A program made the translations under genes and the position numbers. Of a DNA stretch of 64,000 nucleotides, positions 40,635 to 50,664 are shown piece after piece. This DNA comes from Deltaproteobacteria bacterium (lineage in GTDB: Bacteria; Myxococcota_A; Polyangia; Fen-1088). The stretch covers positions 128,001 to 192,000 of the forward strand of contig JANRKS010000011.1 in assembly GCA_033763315.1 (NCBI GenBank). The letters run 5' to 3'. The notes under the pieces were generated by a model that worked only from the letters and a program-made list of their open reading frames with translations, did no database searches and was not told where the DNA came from. How positions within the stretch are numbered: the first letter of the stretch is position 1; every line of letters begins with the position of its first letter.

Positions 40635-42071
40635 CTGAAAACCATATCGTCGAATGGAAAGCGATCTGGCGCGACGAATATCTGCGCTGGGTGTGCGGCT
40701 TTGCCAATGCAGAGGGCGGCACCCTTGTGATTGGCCGCGACGATCATGGCGAACCCGTGGGTGTTGACGGTGCTGAACGCTTGTTGACCGAGCTTCCAAA
40801 CAAGATCCGCGACCTCCTGGGAATCGTGGTTCCCGTTCGCCTGTTCGAAGAGCGCGGCCATAAGCTGCTTGAGATCGTCGTTGAGCCACAGCCCACGCCC
40901 ATCAGCTATCGCGGCGAGTATCACCTTCGCAGTGGCAGCACCAAGCAGCAACTTACCGGCGCAGCCTTATCAGCCTTCCTATTGCGTAAGTTCGGACGTC
41001 ATTGGGACAGCGCCCCCGTGCCTGGCATCAGCGTTGACGATTTATCTTCCGAAGCGTTCAAACGTTTTCGCAAACACGCTCGGCAGCGAACGCATGCCGC
41101 CAGAAGCGTTGGCTGCCAACAACGCTGAGCTCGTTGAACGCTTGCACCTTTTAGATGCCGGCATGTTGAAGCGCGCGGCGCTGCTGTTGTTCCACGAAGA
41201 TCCCGAGCGCTGGTTCACAGGCGCCTACGTAAAAGTGGGCATGTTTCGCACCAACGCCGACTTGCTCTATCACGATGAAATCCATGGCGATCTGTTCGCC
41301 CAGATGGAACGAACCATAGAGATCCTGCGCACAAAGTACATGATCGCCTGGATCACCTACGAAGGCGTTCAGCGCGTGGAAACGTATCCCGTTCCGGAGG
41401 CAGCCTTACGGGAAGCCGTGCTCAACGCGCTCATTCACAAAGACTACACGTCGGGCGGCCCCATTCAGATTAGCGTGTATGCCGACCACTTGATGATTTG
41501 GAATCCTGGCCAGTTGCCGAACCGGTGGACTGCCGAAACTCTGCTCAAGAAGCATTCCTCAGAGCCCCAGAACCCAGACATTGCCCAGGTGTTCTTTCGC
41601 ACCGGCCTCATTGAGGCGTGGGGACGAGGTTTCGAGCGCATCGTGGAAGCGTGCCGCAGCGCAGGCACGACATTGCCCGAGGTCCGCCACGATGGCAGTG
41701 GCCTGTGGACCGAATGGCACTGGCAGCAGCCCGAGGTCACCCCACCAGCTACCCCACCAGCTACCCCACCAGCTACCCCACCAGCTACCCCACCAGCTGC
41801 CCCACCAGCTGCCCCACCAGTCACCCCACCAGTTGAGGCTGTCCTGCGCGTGCTGGGCGAAGGACACCCACTGGGGAATGCGGCACTCCGGGCCCGGCTT
41901 GGACTCAAGGATCGGCATCATTTTCGTGAGCATCACATCCAACCGGCTCTGGATGCAGGTCTCATCGAAATGACGATTCCTGACAGACCTAACAGTCCCG
42001 CGCAGAAGTATCGCTTAACCAAGAAGGGGGCGAACTTGTTAACTGCGACCCCAAAACGGGGCCCGTTATGA
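40631..42071 (+). pseudogene. AlbA_2 (Schlafen-like) + HATPase_c_4 + wHTH protein split by a frameshift near 41081
   Basis: ORF 40631-41128 has VEWK, GFANAEGGTLVIG, RSGST; ORF to 42071 in the next frame has ALREAVLNALIHKDY, NPGQL, EAWGRG, PNSPAQKYRLT. Confidence 0.82.
41736..41831 (+). repeat. 8 x 12-bp tandem repeat (GCTACCCCACCA; ATPP linker)
   Basis: Read directly: VTPP, (ATPP)4, (AAPP)2, VTPP. Confidence 0.95.
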
Positions 42072-42217
42072 GCACCAGCAAGGCCACTGCCTTTGCTCTC
42101 ACCAGGCCGACAACGCCGGTACAAGCGCCGGTACAAACGCCGGTAGAAACGCGGGTAGAAACGCGGGTAGAAACGCCGCCCACCCCCCTGGCCCCTACCC
42201 AAGGTGCAAAACCATGA
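42068..42217 (+). CDS. 49-aa micro-ORF built around a 12-bp repeat, translationally coupled on both sides
   Basis: MSTSKATAFALTRPTTPVQAPVQTPVETRVETRVETPPTPLAPTQGAKP; ATGA overlaps with the upstream stop and the hsdR start. Confidence 0.5.
   Translation: MSTSKATAFALTRPTTPVQAPVQTPVETRVETRVETPPTPLAPTQGAKP
42113..42178 (+). repeat. 5.5 x 12-bp tandem repeat (ACGC(C/G)GGTA(C/G)AA)
   Basis: acgccggtacaa gcgccggtacaa acgccggtagaa acgcgggtagaa acgcgggtagaa acgccg. Confidence 0.92.
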
Positions 42218-45200
42218 CCGCCATCGGAGAGACTGAGCGCCGCACCCAGCGTCGGGTCGCGAAGTTGTTCGTGGATGAGCTGCACTACGACCACCTGGGG
42301 GATCTGAGCGCAGGCGATAACCAGAACATCATCGAGGGGCAGCTCGAGCACTTTCTGTGGGCCTACCAGGGCTTCGACGAACGCGAAGACGGTGCCCAGC
42401 TCATCCGCCGGGCCATTGCCGAGGTGACCAAGGTTGCAAGTAACACGGGCGTTAGCCTTTACGACCGCAACCGCGCCGTATACGACCTTCTTCGCTACGG
42501 CGTGAAAGTCAAAGCCGACATCGGGGACCACAATGAAACCGTTTGGCTTATCGACTGGAAAAATCCCGAACGAAACCGCTTCGCCATCGCCGAAGAAGTT
42601 ACCGTCAAAGCACCAGACGCCAAGGCACACAGCAAACGCCCGGATATCGTCCTTTACGTCAACGGCATCGCGCTTGGCATTCTCGAACTCAAACGATCGA
42701 CCATTTCTGTTGCCGAAGGCATTCGCCAGAACCTCGACAACCAAAAGAAGGAGTTCATTGCGCCCTTCTTTTCGACCATGCAATTCGTGATGGCCGGCAA
42801 TGACACCCAGGGCCTGCGTTACGGAACCATCAACACCCCCGAGAAGCATTACCTCACCTGGAAAGAGCCCGGCGCAGCCGCGAACAACAGCAACCCACTT
42901 GACCAGGCGCTGCGCCAGATCTGCGAAAAGAAGCGCTTCCTCGAGCTCATCCATGATTTTGTCGTGTTCGATGCCGGCAAAAAGAAGCTGTGCCGGCACA
43001 ATCAGTTTTTCGGCGTTCGCGCCGCACAAGAACATGTTCGTCGGCGTGAAGGCGGCATCATTTGGCACACCCAGGGCAGCGGCAAAAGCCTCACCATGGT
43101 GTGGCTGGCCAAGTGGATACGCGAGAATGCCACCAACGCCCGCGTTCTGATCATCACCGACCGCACCGAACTTGATGAACAGATCGAAAAAGTCTTCAAA
43201 GGCGTTGCCGAAGACATTCACCGCACCAAATCCGGCGACGACCTCGTGGCCACACTTAACGCCACCACACCCTGGCTGGTGTGTTCGCTCATTCACAAGT
43301 TCGGCGGCAAGGAAGACGGCGAGGCCGTCGGCGACATCAAGAGCTTCGTCGACGATCTCAAGAAGGCTTTGCCCAAAGACTTCCGCGCCAAGGGCGAATT
43401 GTTCGTTTTTGTAGATGAGTGTCATCGCACCCAGTCAGGCGAGCTTCACGAGGCCATGAAGGCCATTTTGCCCGGCGCCGTGTTTATCGGCTTCACTGGC
43501 ACGCCGCTGCTTAAGGCCGAAAAGAAGAAGAGCATCGAAATCTTCGGCGGCTACATTCACACCTATAAGTTTCACGAAGCCGTCAGCGATAAAGTTGTGC
43601 TTGATCTGCGCTACGAAGCCCGCGACATCGACCAAAACATTACATCGCAGGCGAAGATCGACCAGTGGTTCGAGGCCAAAACGAAGGGCCTCACGCCGCT
43701 TGCCAAAGCTCAGCTTAAGGCACGCTGGGGCACGATGCAGAAGGTGCTTTCAAGCCATTCGCGGCTCGCCAAGATCGTGGGCGACATCCTACTTGATATG
43801 GAGATGCGGGAGCGGCTCAAGAATGGGCATGGCAACGCGATCCTCGTCGCGGGAAGCATCTACGAGGCCTGCAGGCTTTATGAACTCTTCTCCAAAACGT
43901 CGCTTGGCGGCCAGTGCGCCGTTGTGACGTCGTACGCCCCCACGGCCGCCGCGATCAAGGGCGAAGAAAGCGGCGAAGGCGCAACCGATGCGCTCGAAAA
44001 GTACGCGATCTACCGCCAGATGCTTGCCGATTGGTTCGGTGAGCCTCCTGAACAGGCCGTGGCCAAGGTGGAAGCTTTTGAGAAGGCAGTGAAGAAGAAG
44101 TTCATAGACGAGCCCGGCCAAATGAAGTTGCTGATCGTGGTCGACAAGTTGCTCACAGGCTTCGACGCGCCCCCAGCCACCTATCTCTACATCGACAAGC
44201 AGATGCGGGACCATGGTTTGTTCCAAGCCATTTGCCGCGTGAACCGGCTTGATGGAGACGACAAAGACTTCGGTTACATCATCGATTACAAGGATCTGTT
44301 CACCAGCCTTGAACACGCCGTGGATGATTACACCTCGGGCGCTCTCGACGGCTTTGACAAGGAAGACGTGGCCGGCTTACTCGAAGATCGCGTGGGTAAG
44401 GCCAAAGAGCGCCTCAATGAAGCGCTTGAAGCGATGCGCGCTCTATGCGAGCCCGTGCGGCCACCCCGAGACGACGAAGCGTATTACCACTACTTTTCGT
44501 CTGCCGAATCCGGCAACGGTGCCGAGCTTAAGGCCAATGAGCCACAACGCCTCGCGCTTTATAAGCTCACGTCTTCCCTGGTTCGTGCGTATGCGAACCT
44601 GGCGGGCGAGATGGCAGAGGCCGGTTACACCGAGGGCCAATCGGCCGCCATAAAGGAAGAAGTCACCTTTTACGAAAACCTGCGCAGCCAGATAAAATTG
44701 CACAGCGGCGATGCGATTGATCTCAAGCAGTACGAGCCCGCCATGCGGCACCTGATCGATACGTACATCCGTGCAGAGGAAAGCGAGGTCATCTCGAAAT
44801 TCGATGATCTGTCGCTTGTACAGCTGATTGTTGAGCGCGGCGCAAAGGCTGTGGATGCGCTGCCAGCGTCACTCCGGAAGAACCAGAATGCGGCGGCCGA
44901 AACCATCGAGAACAACGTCCGCAAGCTGATCATTGACCAGTCGCCCATCAATCCGAAGTACTACGAGAAGATGTCCGACCTGCTGGATGCGCTTATGAAG
45001 CAGCGAAAGCAAGCGGCCATCACTTATCAAGAATACTTGGCCAAAATTGTTGAGCTCACCACGCAGGCTCACGCTGGTCCTGCCCTGACTGGGTATCCTG
45101 CGTCACTGAACACAGCCGCGCGGCGCGCCCTTTTCGACAACCTTGACCGTCAAGAGGAACTGGCACTCAAAGTGGATGTAGCGGTCCGCACCAGCATGCA

Positions 45201-45330
45201 GGACGGTTGGCGGGCGAACGTGATGAAAACGAAGCGGGTCCGCCTTGCCATCGCTGCGGCGCTTGATGGGGTTGATGATGCCCGCGTGGAGGCAACGCTT
45301 AGCCTCGTGAAGAGCCAGCATGATTACTGA
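42214..45330 (+). CDS. hsdR: type I restriction enzyme R subunit
   Basis: RPDIVLYVNG..ELK nuclease motif, WHTQGSGKS, DECHR, FTGTP, LLTGFDAP, QAICRVNR. Confidence 0.96.
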   Translation: MTAIGETERRTQRRVAKLFVDELHYDHLGDLSAGDNQNIIEGQLEHFLWAYQGFDEREDGAQLIRRAIAEVTKVASNTGVSLYDRNRAVYDLLRYGVKVKADIGDHNETVWLIDWKNPERNRFAIAEEVTVKAPDAKAHSKRPDIVLYVNGIALGILELKRSTISVAEGIRQNLDNQKKEFIAPFFSTMQFVMAGNDTQGLRYGTINTPEKHYLTWKEPGAAANNSNPLDQALRQICEKKRFLELIHDFVVFDAGKKKLCRHNQFFGVRAAQEHVRRREGGIIWHTQGSGKSLTMVWLAKWIRENATNARVLIITDRTELDEQIEKVFKGVAEDIHRTKSGDDLVATLNATTPWLVCSLIHKFGGKEDGEAVGDIKSFVDDLKKALPKDFRAKGELFVFVDECHRTQSGELHEAMKAILPGAVFIGFTGTPLLKAEKKKSIEIFGGYIHTYKFHEAVSDKVVLDLRYEARDIDQNITSQAKIDQWFEAKTKGLTPLAKAQLKARWGTMQKVLSSHSRLAKIVGDILLDMEMRERLKNGHGNAILVAGSIYEACRLYELFSKTSLGGQCAVVTSYAPTAAAIKGEESGEGATDALEKYAIYRQMLADWFGEPPEQAVAKVEAFEKAVKKKFIDEPGQMKLLIVVDKLLTGFDAPPATYLYIDKQMRDHGLFQAICRVNRLDGDDKDFGYIIDYKDLFTSLEHAVDDYTSGALDGFDKEDVAGLLEDRVGKAKERLNEALEAMRALCEPVRPPRDDEAYYHYFSSAESGNGAELKANEPQRLALYKLTSSLVRAYANLAGEMAEAGYTEGQSAAIKEEVTFYENLRSQIKLHSGDAIDLKQYEPAMRHLIDTYIRAEESEVISKFDDLSLVQLIVERGAKAVDALPASLRKNQNAAAETIENNVRKLIIDQSPINPKYYEKMSDLLDALMKQRKQAAITYQEYLAKIVELTTQAHAGPALTGYPASLNTAARRALFDNLDRQEELALKVDVAVRTSMQDGWRANVMKTKRVRLAIAAALDGVDDARVEATLSLVKSQHDY

Positions 45331-46048
45331 GACGCGTACCTTGAGCGTCAGCGGCATTGCCGTGTCCGTGGTTCGCAAATCCATCAAGAACCTGCACTTG
45401 GGCGTCTATCCGCCCGACGGCCGAGTGCGTGTGGCCGCCCCGCTGGCTGTATCTGACGCCGCTGTGCGGGTCGCCGTTATCGGCAAGCTGTCGTGGATTA
45501 AGCGACAGCAAGCCTCGTTTGGCAGGCAAGCGCGCGAGTCCACCCGTGAGATGGTCAGTGGCGAGAGCCACTACTACCGCGGCAGGCGCTATCGACTGCG
45601 TGTGATTGAAACCGAAGATCTGCCCAGGGTGGAACTGAGGTTGAAACAAGCCATTATTTTGCACGTGCGGGCCAGCTCAACGGCGGACGCTCGGGAAAAT
45701 CTGCTGCAACGCTGGTATCGGGAACGGATGCAGGCCATTGTGCCGCGGCTGCTCGAAAAGTGGGAGGCAAGGCTGGGCGTCATCGTTAACGATTGGGGCA
45801 TCAAACGCATGAAGACCAAGTGGGGATCCTGTAACCCCACCGCCGGCCGCGTTTGGCTCAACCTTGAGCTCATGAAGAAGCCTCCGGCCTGTCTTGAGTA
45901 CGTTCTTGTCCACGAACTTGCGCACCTGCTGGCCAAGCACCACGACGAACGATTCATTCGGCTCATGGACCGCCACATGCCCGCGTGGCGCCGACATCGC
46001 GCAGAACTAAATGTGGCGCCGCTCGGCCAAGCCGTCTGGGCCCGTTAG
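45320..46048 (+). CDS. M48/DUF45 (YgjP-like) zinc metalloprotein
   Basis: MKTKWGSC, LNLEL, YVLVHELAH; typical hsdR neighbour. Confidence 0.92.
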   Translation: MITETRTLSVSGIAVSVVRKSIKNLHLGVYPPDGRVRVAAPLAVSDAAVRVAVIGKLSWIKRQQASFGRQARESTREMVSGESHYYRGRRYRLRVIETEDLPRVELRLKQAIILHVRASSTADARENLLQRWYRERMQAIVPRLLEKWEARLGVIVNDWGIKRMKTKWGSCNPTAGRVWLNLELMKKPPACLEYVLVHELAHLLAKHHDERFIRLMDRHMPAWRRHRAELNVAPLGQAVWAR

Positions 46049-46061
46049 CTGGCGGGTCGAC

Positions 46062-46098
46062 TTGCTCTTTTGATATTCACAGGATATCATGTGAATAT
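46062..46098 (+). promoter_or_regulatory. sigma-70-type promoter (TTGCTC-N17-TATCAT) overlapped by a 26-bp palindrome; predicted +1 at the ATG
   Basis: -35 at 46062-67, -10 at 46085-90, ATG at 46097; palindrome ATATTCACAGGATATCATGTGAATAT at 46073-46098 with one mismatched pair. Confidence 0.7.
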
Positions 46099-46525
46099 GT
46101 CACGCAAGCCCGCCAATGAAACGCCCCTTTATGTGCGTTTGCCCGCCACGGCGGGGGAGAAGCTCGATCGGGCCTCTGAAGCGCTGGGCATTCCGAAGAA
46201 GGATTTGGTGGCGAATCTGGTGGCCAAATACGTGGATCCAGATAGCCAACGCGGCCTGCAGGCGTTGGGCTTTCTGTCGCAGCCGCGGCCGGTCGCAGTG
46301 CAGGCTAACAGCGGCGAGTCGACCGTGGGCCGCTACAGCTTTCAGCCCTACGAAACGCCCGAGGTGATGAACGCAGAGCAGGCGGCGCAACTGCTGGCAG
46401 TGGAGGAAAACGTGGTGGTGCAGATGGCCGAGGCGGGCAAGTTGCCGGGGCGAAAACTGGGCAGCGTGTGGCGGTTTTCACGTGCCGCTGTGCTGGCGTG
46501 GTTGGGGGGAGGGGAGAGCCGGTGA
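46097..46525 (+). CDS. DNA-binding protein: RHH-like N-terminus plus excisionase-type HTH (HTH_17)
   Basis: LYVRLP...[16 protein letters not shown] (beta-alpha-alpha) and [11 protein letters not shown]...[14 protein letters not shown]. Confidence 0.8.
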   Translation: MSRKPANETPLYVRLPATAGEKLDRASEALGIPKKDLVANLVAKYVDPDSQRGLQALGFLSQPRPVAVQANSGESTVGRYSFQPYETPEVMNAEQAAQLLAVEENVVVQMAEAGKLPGRKLGSVWRFSRAAVLAWLGGGESR

Positions 46526-47148
46526 CAGGATATCGACGAGATATTCAGGTGCGCGCGTTGCAGCGGGTACCCACTGTTGTTGAGCAAACGCACGCAGGGG
46601 AGCGTGGTTGGGACATTTACTCGCGGCTACTCAAAGATCGCATCGTGTTCCTGGGCACCGCGATCGATGACGAGGTGGCCAACGTTTTGATCGCGCAACT
46701 GTTGTTCTTGGATTCGGAAGATCCAACCCAGGACGTCACCATTTATATCAATTCGCCGGGTGGCGTTGTCACCGCGGGGCTTGCGATCTACGACACCATG
46801 CAACTTCTGCATTGTGACGTGGCCACCTATTGCGTGGGGCAAGCGGCTTCCATGGCGAGCTTCTTGTTGGCCACAGGAGCCCCCGGCAAACGGTATGCGT
46901 TGCCTAACGCGCGCATCATGCTTCACCAACCGTTGGGCGGCTTCGAAGGCCAAGCCACCGACATCGAGATTCAAGCGCGGGAAGCGTTGCATGCCCGCGA
47001 CACACTCAACGCTCTTTACGCGAAACACACGGGCCAAAGCGTAGAAACGATCAGAAGGGACACGGAACGCGACAACTTCATGTCGCCCGAGGCTGCGATG
47101 AAGTACGGGCTCATCGATGGCGTGCTGGAGCGGAAGCCCAAAAGCTGA
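46522..47148 (+). CDS. clpP: ATP-dependent Clp protease proteolytic subunit (no adjacent clpX)
   Basis: [22 protein letters not shown], triad AASMAS / MLHQP / RDNF; GTGA overlap with the HTH gene. Confidence 0.95.
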   Translation: MTGYRRDIQVRALQRVPTVVEQTHAGERGWDIYSRLLKDRIVFLGTAIDDEVANVLIAQLLFLDSEDPTQDVTIYINSPGGVVTAGLAIYDTMQLLHCDVATYCVGQAASMASFLLATGAPGKRYALPNARIMLHQPLGGFEGQATDIEIQAREALHARDTLNALYAKHTGQSVETIRRDTERDNFMSPEAAMKYGLIDGVLERKPKS

Positions 47149-47320
47149 AGTTCAGCTTGTCCTACTGCGGCCTGTTGCCTCACTCCGACTGGGAAAAACA
47201 CGCAACGCCTCCTTCCCTTGACAGACGTCAATGGCGGGTTTCAGTCGCGGGTCATACCTTCACGCCTTCTCGCGCCAGTCGACGGGTGCCGGTCTGGCGC
47301 GCCCCTTCAATAGACTTGGC

Positions 47321-49087
47321 ATGCGATGGTTGCCGGCAAAGCTTGTGTTGGCGCTTCTCGGCGTTTCGGGGTTTGCTTGTTCGCCGTCTGAGGAGACGGT
47401 GCTGCGTCTCGACGTGGAGAACCTGAGCCCCCTGGCAACGGGGCTTCGCATAAGCTTAAACCTTTCGCCTCCCCGTCAATTTGAGGCCACTCTGCTTGGC
47501 CGGAGCCAACGTGTGGCTTTGCCGCTTGGTGACACGCGCGCGCAAGACATCGACCTGGGGCTTGTGGTTTTGAATCAGGGAACGGCGCTCGGTGAGCTAC
47601 ATCGGCCGTTTTTCCTTCCGGCAGGAATTTCGCCGCCCGTTCGGCTGCTCATCGACCAACAGGGCCGACCCTGGATCTTGCCGGATGGCTCGTTGATCGA
47701 TGCCGCCATTGATGTGGCGGCGTCAGAGGTTCAGCAAGACGCGCAGGACGTCGACGCATCGACATCGCCGGATGGGCCGGTTGCAGAATCCATCCGGCCG
47801 TTGGCCAGGGTTTGGTCGCGGGCGGGGCCACGTCCCGTGATCGATGGACACGCCGACGCCGTGTGGATGAACGCGTTGGCCCGCGGATACGATTTTCCTC
47901 ACTTCATTGTCGAGGAGGGCGCGGCTTTGCCTATGGCGGTTCCCAAAGCCCGTTGGGCTGGCCTTCGTGACGAACTGGGCTTGTACCTCTTTGTGCAAGT
48001 GCAAGACGACAGCATCGTGGTCGATGGCACCAAAGGAGTGGGTGTACCGGATGATGGCAAAGCGCCCTGGGAAGACGACAGCATCGAGATCTTCCTCGAC
48101 GGAGATCAGCTGCCTGCCACAGGCGTCTTGGACGACATCAACGACAGCGCCTTGCAGGTGCGGTTCGGCGAAAGCCTCGTGCGAGGGCCGTTCTCTGATA
48201 CGGTGTCGCGGGTGGTGCCGGTGCCAGGTTATCAAGTTGCATGGCAACGCAACAGCCACGGTTACAGCTTCGAGGCCTTCTTTCCTGCGCAACAACTTGG
48301 TGTCCCCACGACGCCGGGGCGCTCGATCCTCATGGACTTACATGTGAACGACGACGACGCGGGCGATATGGTTTTTACCAGTGCATGGAAGCTCGCGTGG
48401 GCGTCGGATAGAAACCAAACTTTCAACAACAAGCAACTGTGGGGGCAGGCCGTCTTCATGCCCGAGGCTCTGCAACCGCTGATTGAAGTGCCTCGCATGG
48501 CCGCGCCCTTGATCGACGGTGACGCGAATGAATGGCCTGCTTTTAGATGGCCGCTCAATCACGTATTTCCTGCTGCCGCCAGTCCGATGGCCACGCACGA
48601 TCTTCACGCGGAGCTGGCGTTGGGCCAAGATGAGTCGTCGCTTTACCTCGTGATCGAAGTGACCGACGACGTCACCAGCATCCAAGATTTTCACCCCTGG
48701 TTCGACGACGTTGTGGAGATCGTGGTTCTTCCTCAAGATCCAACTGCCAATGCCTCGCAGGCTCCAGCCACGCGACTTTTTTTCCGCCCCAACGCAACCA
48801 AGGTGGCTCAGCCTCCCTATCACAACACCAACATCGACACCGAACGTGTGGCCTTTGCCTGGCGCGCTGTCAGCCCCACGCGCAGGCGGCTTGAGGTGGC
48901 GTTGCCGTGGTCACTGTGGGCAGGCAACGATGCACAAGGTGCTTTTGGCTTGGACGTTGTGGTTTGGGATGATGATCAGGGTGATGGGATTGCCGCAAAC
49001 CGCGTTGGTTGGATGTCTGTGAGCGAGGTGCCCGCTGTGGGCCCCTTCCCCCGTCGCCTGCTGGGGACGGTGAAGCGCACGCCGTGA
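47321..49087 (+). CDS. lipoprotein with two CBM9-like (DOMON-like) sugar-binding domains
   Basis: GFAC lipobox; two copies of PxIDG..W / LYL..V.DD / WxDDxxEI / E..PW / DDD pattern. Confidence 0.75.
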   Translation: MRWLPAKLVLALLGVSGFACSPSEETVLRLDVENLSPLATGLRISLNLSPPRQFEATLLGRSQRVALPLGDTRAQDIDLGLVVLNQGTALGELHRPFFLPAGISPPVRLLIDQQGRPWILPDGSLIDAAIDVAASEVQQDAQDVDASTSPDGPVAESIRPLARVWSRAGPRPVIDGHADAVWMNALARGYDFPHFIVEEGAALPMAVPKARWAGLRDELGLYLFVQVQDDSIVVDGTKGVGVPDDGKAPWEDDSIEIFLDGDQLPATGVLDDINDSALQVRFGESLVRGPFSDTVSRVVPVPGYQVAWQRNSHGYSFEAFFPAQQLGVPTTPGRSILMDLHVNDDDAGDMVFTSAWKLAWASDRNQTFNNKQLWGQAVFMPEALQPLIEVPRMAAPLIDGDANEWPAFRWPLNHVFPAAASPMATHDLHAELALGQDESSLYLVIEVTDDVTSIQDFHPWFDDVVEIVVLPQDPTANASQAPATRLFFRPNATKVAQPPYHNTNIDTERVAFAWRAVSPTRRRLEVALPWSLWAGNDAQGAFGLDVVVWDDDQGDGIAANRVGWMSVSEVPAVGPFPRRLLGTVKRTP

Positions 49088-49095
49088 ATTGACAC

Positions 49096-50664
49096 TTATG
49101 GCGCTCCGTTCGAAAGATGCGGTTCGTAGAGCTGATTGGGATGTGGCCGTTCGGTGTCTGCCCTTGGTGTGGGTCGCGGCGAGGCCAGGTCGCTTTCGTG
49201 CTTGCTGCGCGGAAGCGCTTGGATGGCAGGTGCGGGGATGAGGGGCGACGAACGCGTCGACGTGCCTTTCGAGCGTTGTGTGAGCAGGGCGTGCTGACGG
49301 CCTTCACCCTTGGACGGCGGTGTGGATGAGGACGCCGATGCGAAGGCTTCGATTCGCTGTGAGGAGGCTGGGGGCATAGATCTCGGCCCCTCATCCCTTG
49401 CGGAAGATCCTGCTGTGGCAGATGGATGCCGTCGCGCCACTTTGACACGTAATTGCCAAATCAAAATTGCGCTCACGGCCAAGAATCCAAGTGGCACGAG
49501 CTGCCAACGAAGGGAGCGTCGCTTGGTCTGATCCGCGCTGAGCAAGCCACTTAGCTTCTGCAATTGCAGCGCGACCAGCCGCGCTGATGCATACCGATTC
49601 TCGCGAGCCTGTGATTGACAGATCGCAGTTATGTTTGCGGCAAGCCGTGTGGCGGCGTTATTTGTGAACCGCTTGCCGAAGGCATCGATCAATTCTGAAG
49701 CGTCAAGCGTTTGCACATGCCCCAGTGCCATTTCCTGCAGCACCTTACCCATTGAGAACACATCATCGCGAGGATCGGGTTCGCTTGCCCCTGCACGCTG
49801 TTGAGGAGACATATAGCCCTGCGTGCCCATGACCGATGCGGTGGGTAGGCGCTCGCTCATCAGCCCAGCCAACCCCAAATCCATCACCACCGCCGATTCG
49901 GGCTCACCCTCGTGCACTCTGGTAAGAAAAACATTGTCGCTTTTGACGTCGCGGTGAACCACACCGGCTTCGTGAATGGCGGCCAGACCAAGTGCGATCT
50001 CACGGCCATATTTAGTGAACTCTTCCAAACTCAGACCGCCGCGACCACGAATCCGCCGGCCCAGCGTCTCGCCTTGTAGGTAGGCCATGGTCAAAAAGGG
50101 AACCGATGCTTCTTCCTGCCTAGATTTACCCGCGTTCGTTGGCATGCGGTGAACCCCGAAGTCGAGGATTCGGCAGACGTGACGGTCGGCGATCCGCCGC
50201 GCCATTTGCACCTCGGCCTTAACCAAGCGCACGGCCTCCGAATCGTCTAAGGCGGCACAAGGAAGCGTCTTGAGGGCCACCTTCTCTTCGAGAAGTCGAT
50301 CAAAAACCAGATACACCTCTCCCATGCCACCTCGGGCAACAAAGCGTTGCGTGACGAAACGATCGGCGATCAGATCACCAGAACGAAACGTGGTGAGGCC
50401 TGTATTTTGCCGGGGCGTTAGGTCGTCGTGGTTTTTGCGGACGCTGTGTTCAGAGCCCAGTGATCTAAGCGACTCCGCCACCAGGATCCGGCAACGGACG
50501 CACGCCTCAATATGCGCAAGCCCGGGGGCGTCGGGGTTGGACGGTTCACCCAGAAGCCCTAAAATGTCATCAGCCGAAAGGCAGGCCCCGCCCGCGTCCG
50601 ACCTCACGTTGCCGGATAGTCGTGGTAGAGGGTATTTGCCTTCTCGGTTTGAACCTGTCGACAT
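49096..50664 (-). CDS. Ser/Thr protein kinase with N-terminal zinc-finger (zf-HC2-like) and one TM
   Basis: HIEACVRC; RGGMGEVY, VALK, HRDVKSDN, DLG, GTQGYMSP. Confidence 0.88.
   Translation of the reverse strand: MSTGSNREGKYPLPRLSGNVRSDAGGACLSADDILGLLGEPSNPDAPGLAHIEACVRCRILVAESLRSLGSEHSVRKNHDDLTPRQNTGLTTFRSGDLIADRFVTQRFVARGGMGEVYLVFDRLLEEKVALKTLPCAALDDSEAVRLVKAEVQMARRIADRHVCRILDFGVHRMPTNAGKSRQEEASVPFLTMAYLQGETLGRRIRGRGGLSLEEFTKYGREIALGLAAIHEAGVVHRDVKSDNVFLTRVHEGEPESAVVMDLGLAGLMSERLPTASVMGTQGYMSPQQRAGASEPDPRDDVFSMGKVLQEMALGHVQTLDASELIDAFGKRFTNNAATRLAANITAICQSQARENRYASARLVALQLQKLSGLLSADQTKRRSLRWQLVPLGFLAVSAILIWQLRVKVARRHPSATAGSSARDEGPRSMPPASSQRIEAFASASSSTPPSKGEGRQHALLTQRSKGTSTRSSPLIPAPAIQALPRSKHESDLASPRPTPRADTERPHPNQLYEPHLSNGAP

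Noticed and set aside
41559-41942. (GSWW)n antisense ORF
   Set aside because: Reverse reading of the 12-bp ATPP repeat.
41989-43425. 478-aa minus-strand ORF
   Set aside because: Antisense shadow of hsdR.
46097-46525. HTH_17 gene as a prophage or ICE excisionase
   Set aside because: No integrase, att-like tRNA duplication or phage genes recognised in the window.
50270-50662. Upstream extension of the sigma-factor ORF
   Set aside because: Antisense to the kinase N-terminus; sigma-like sequence begins after ATG 50663.
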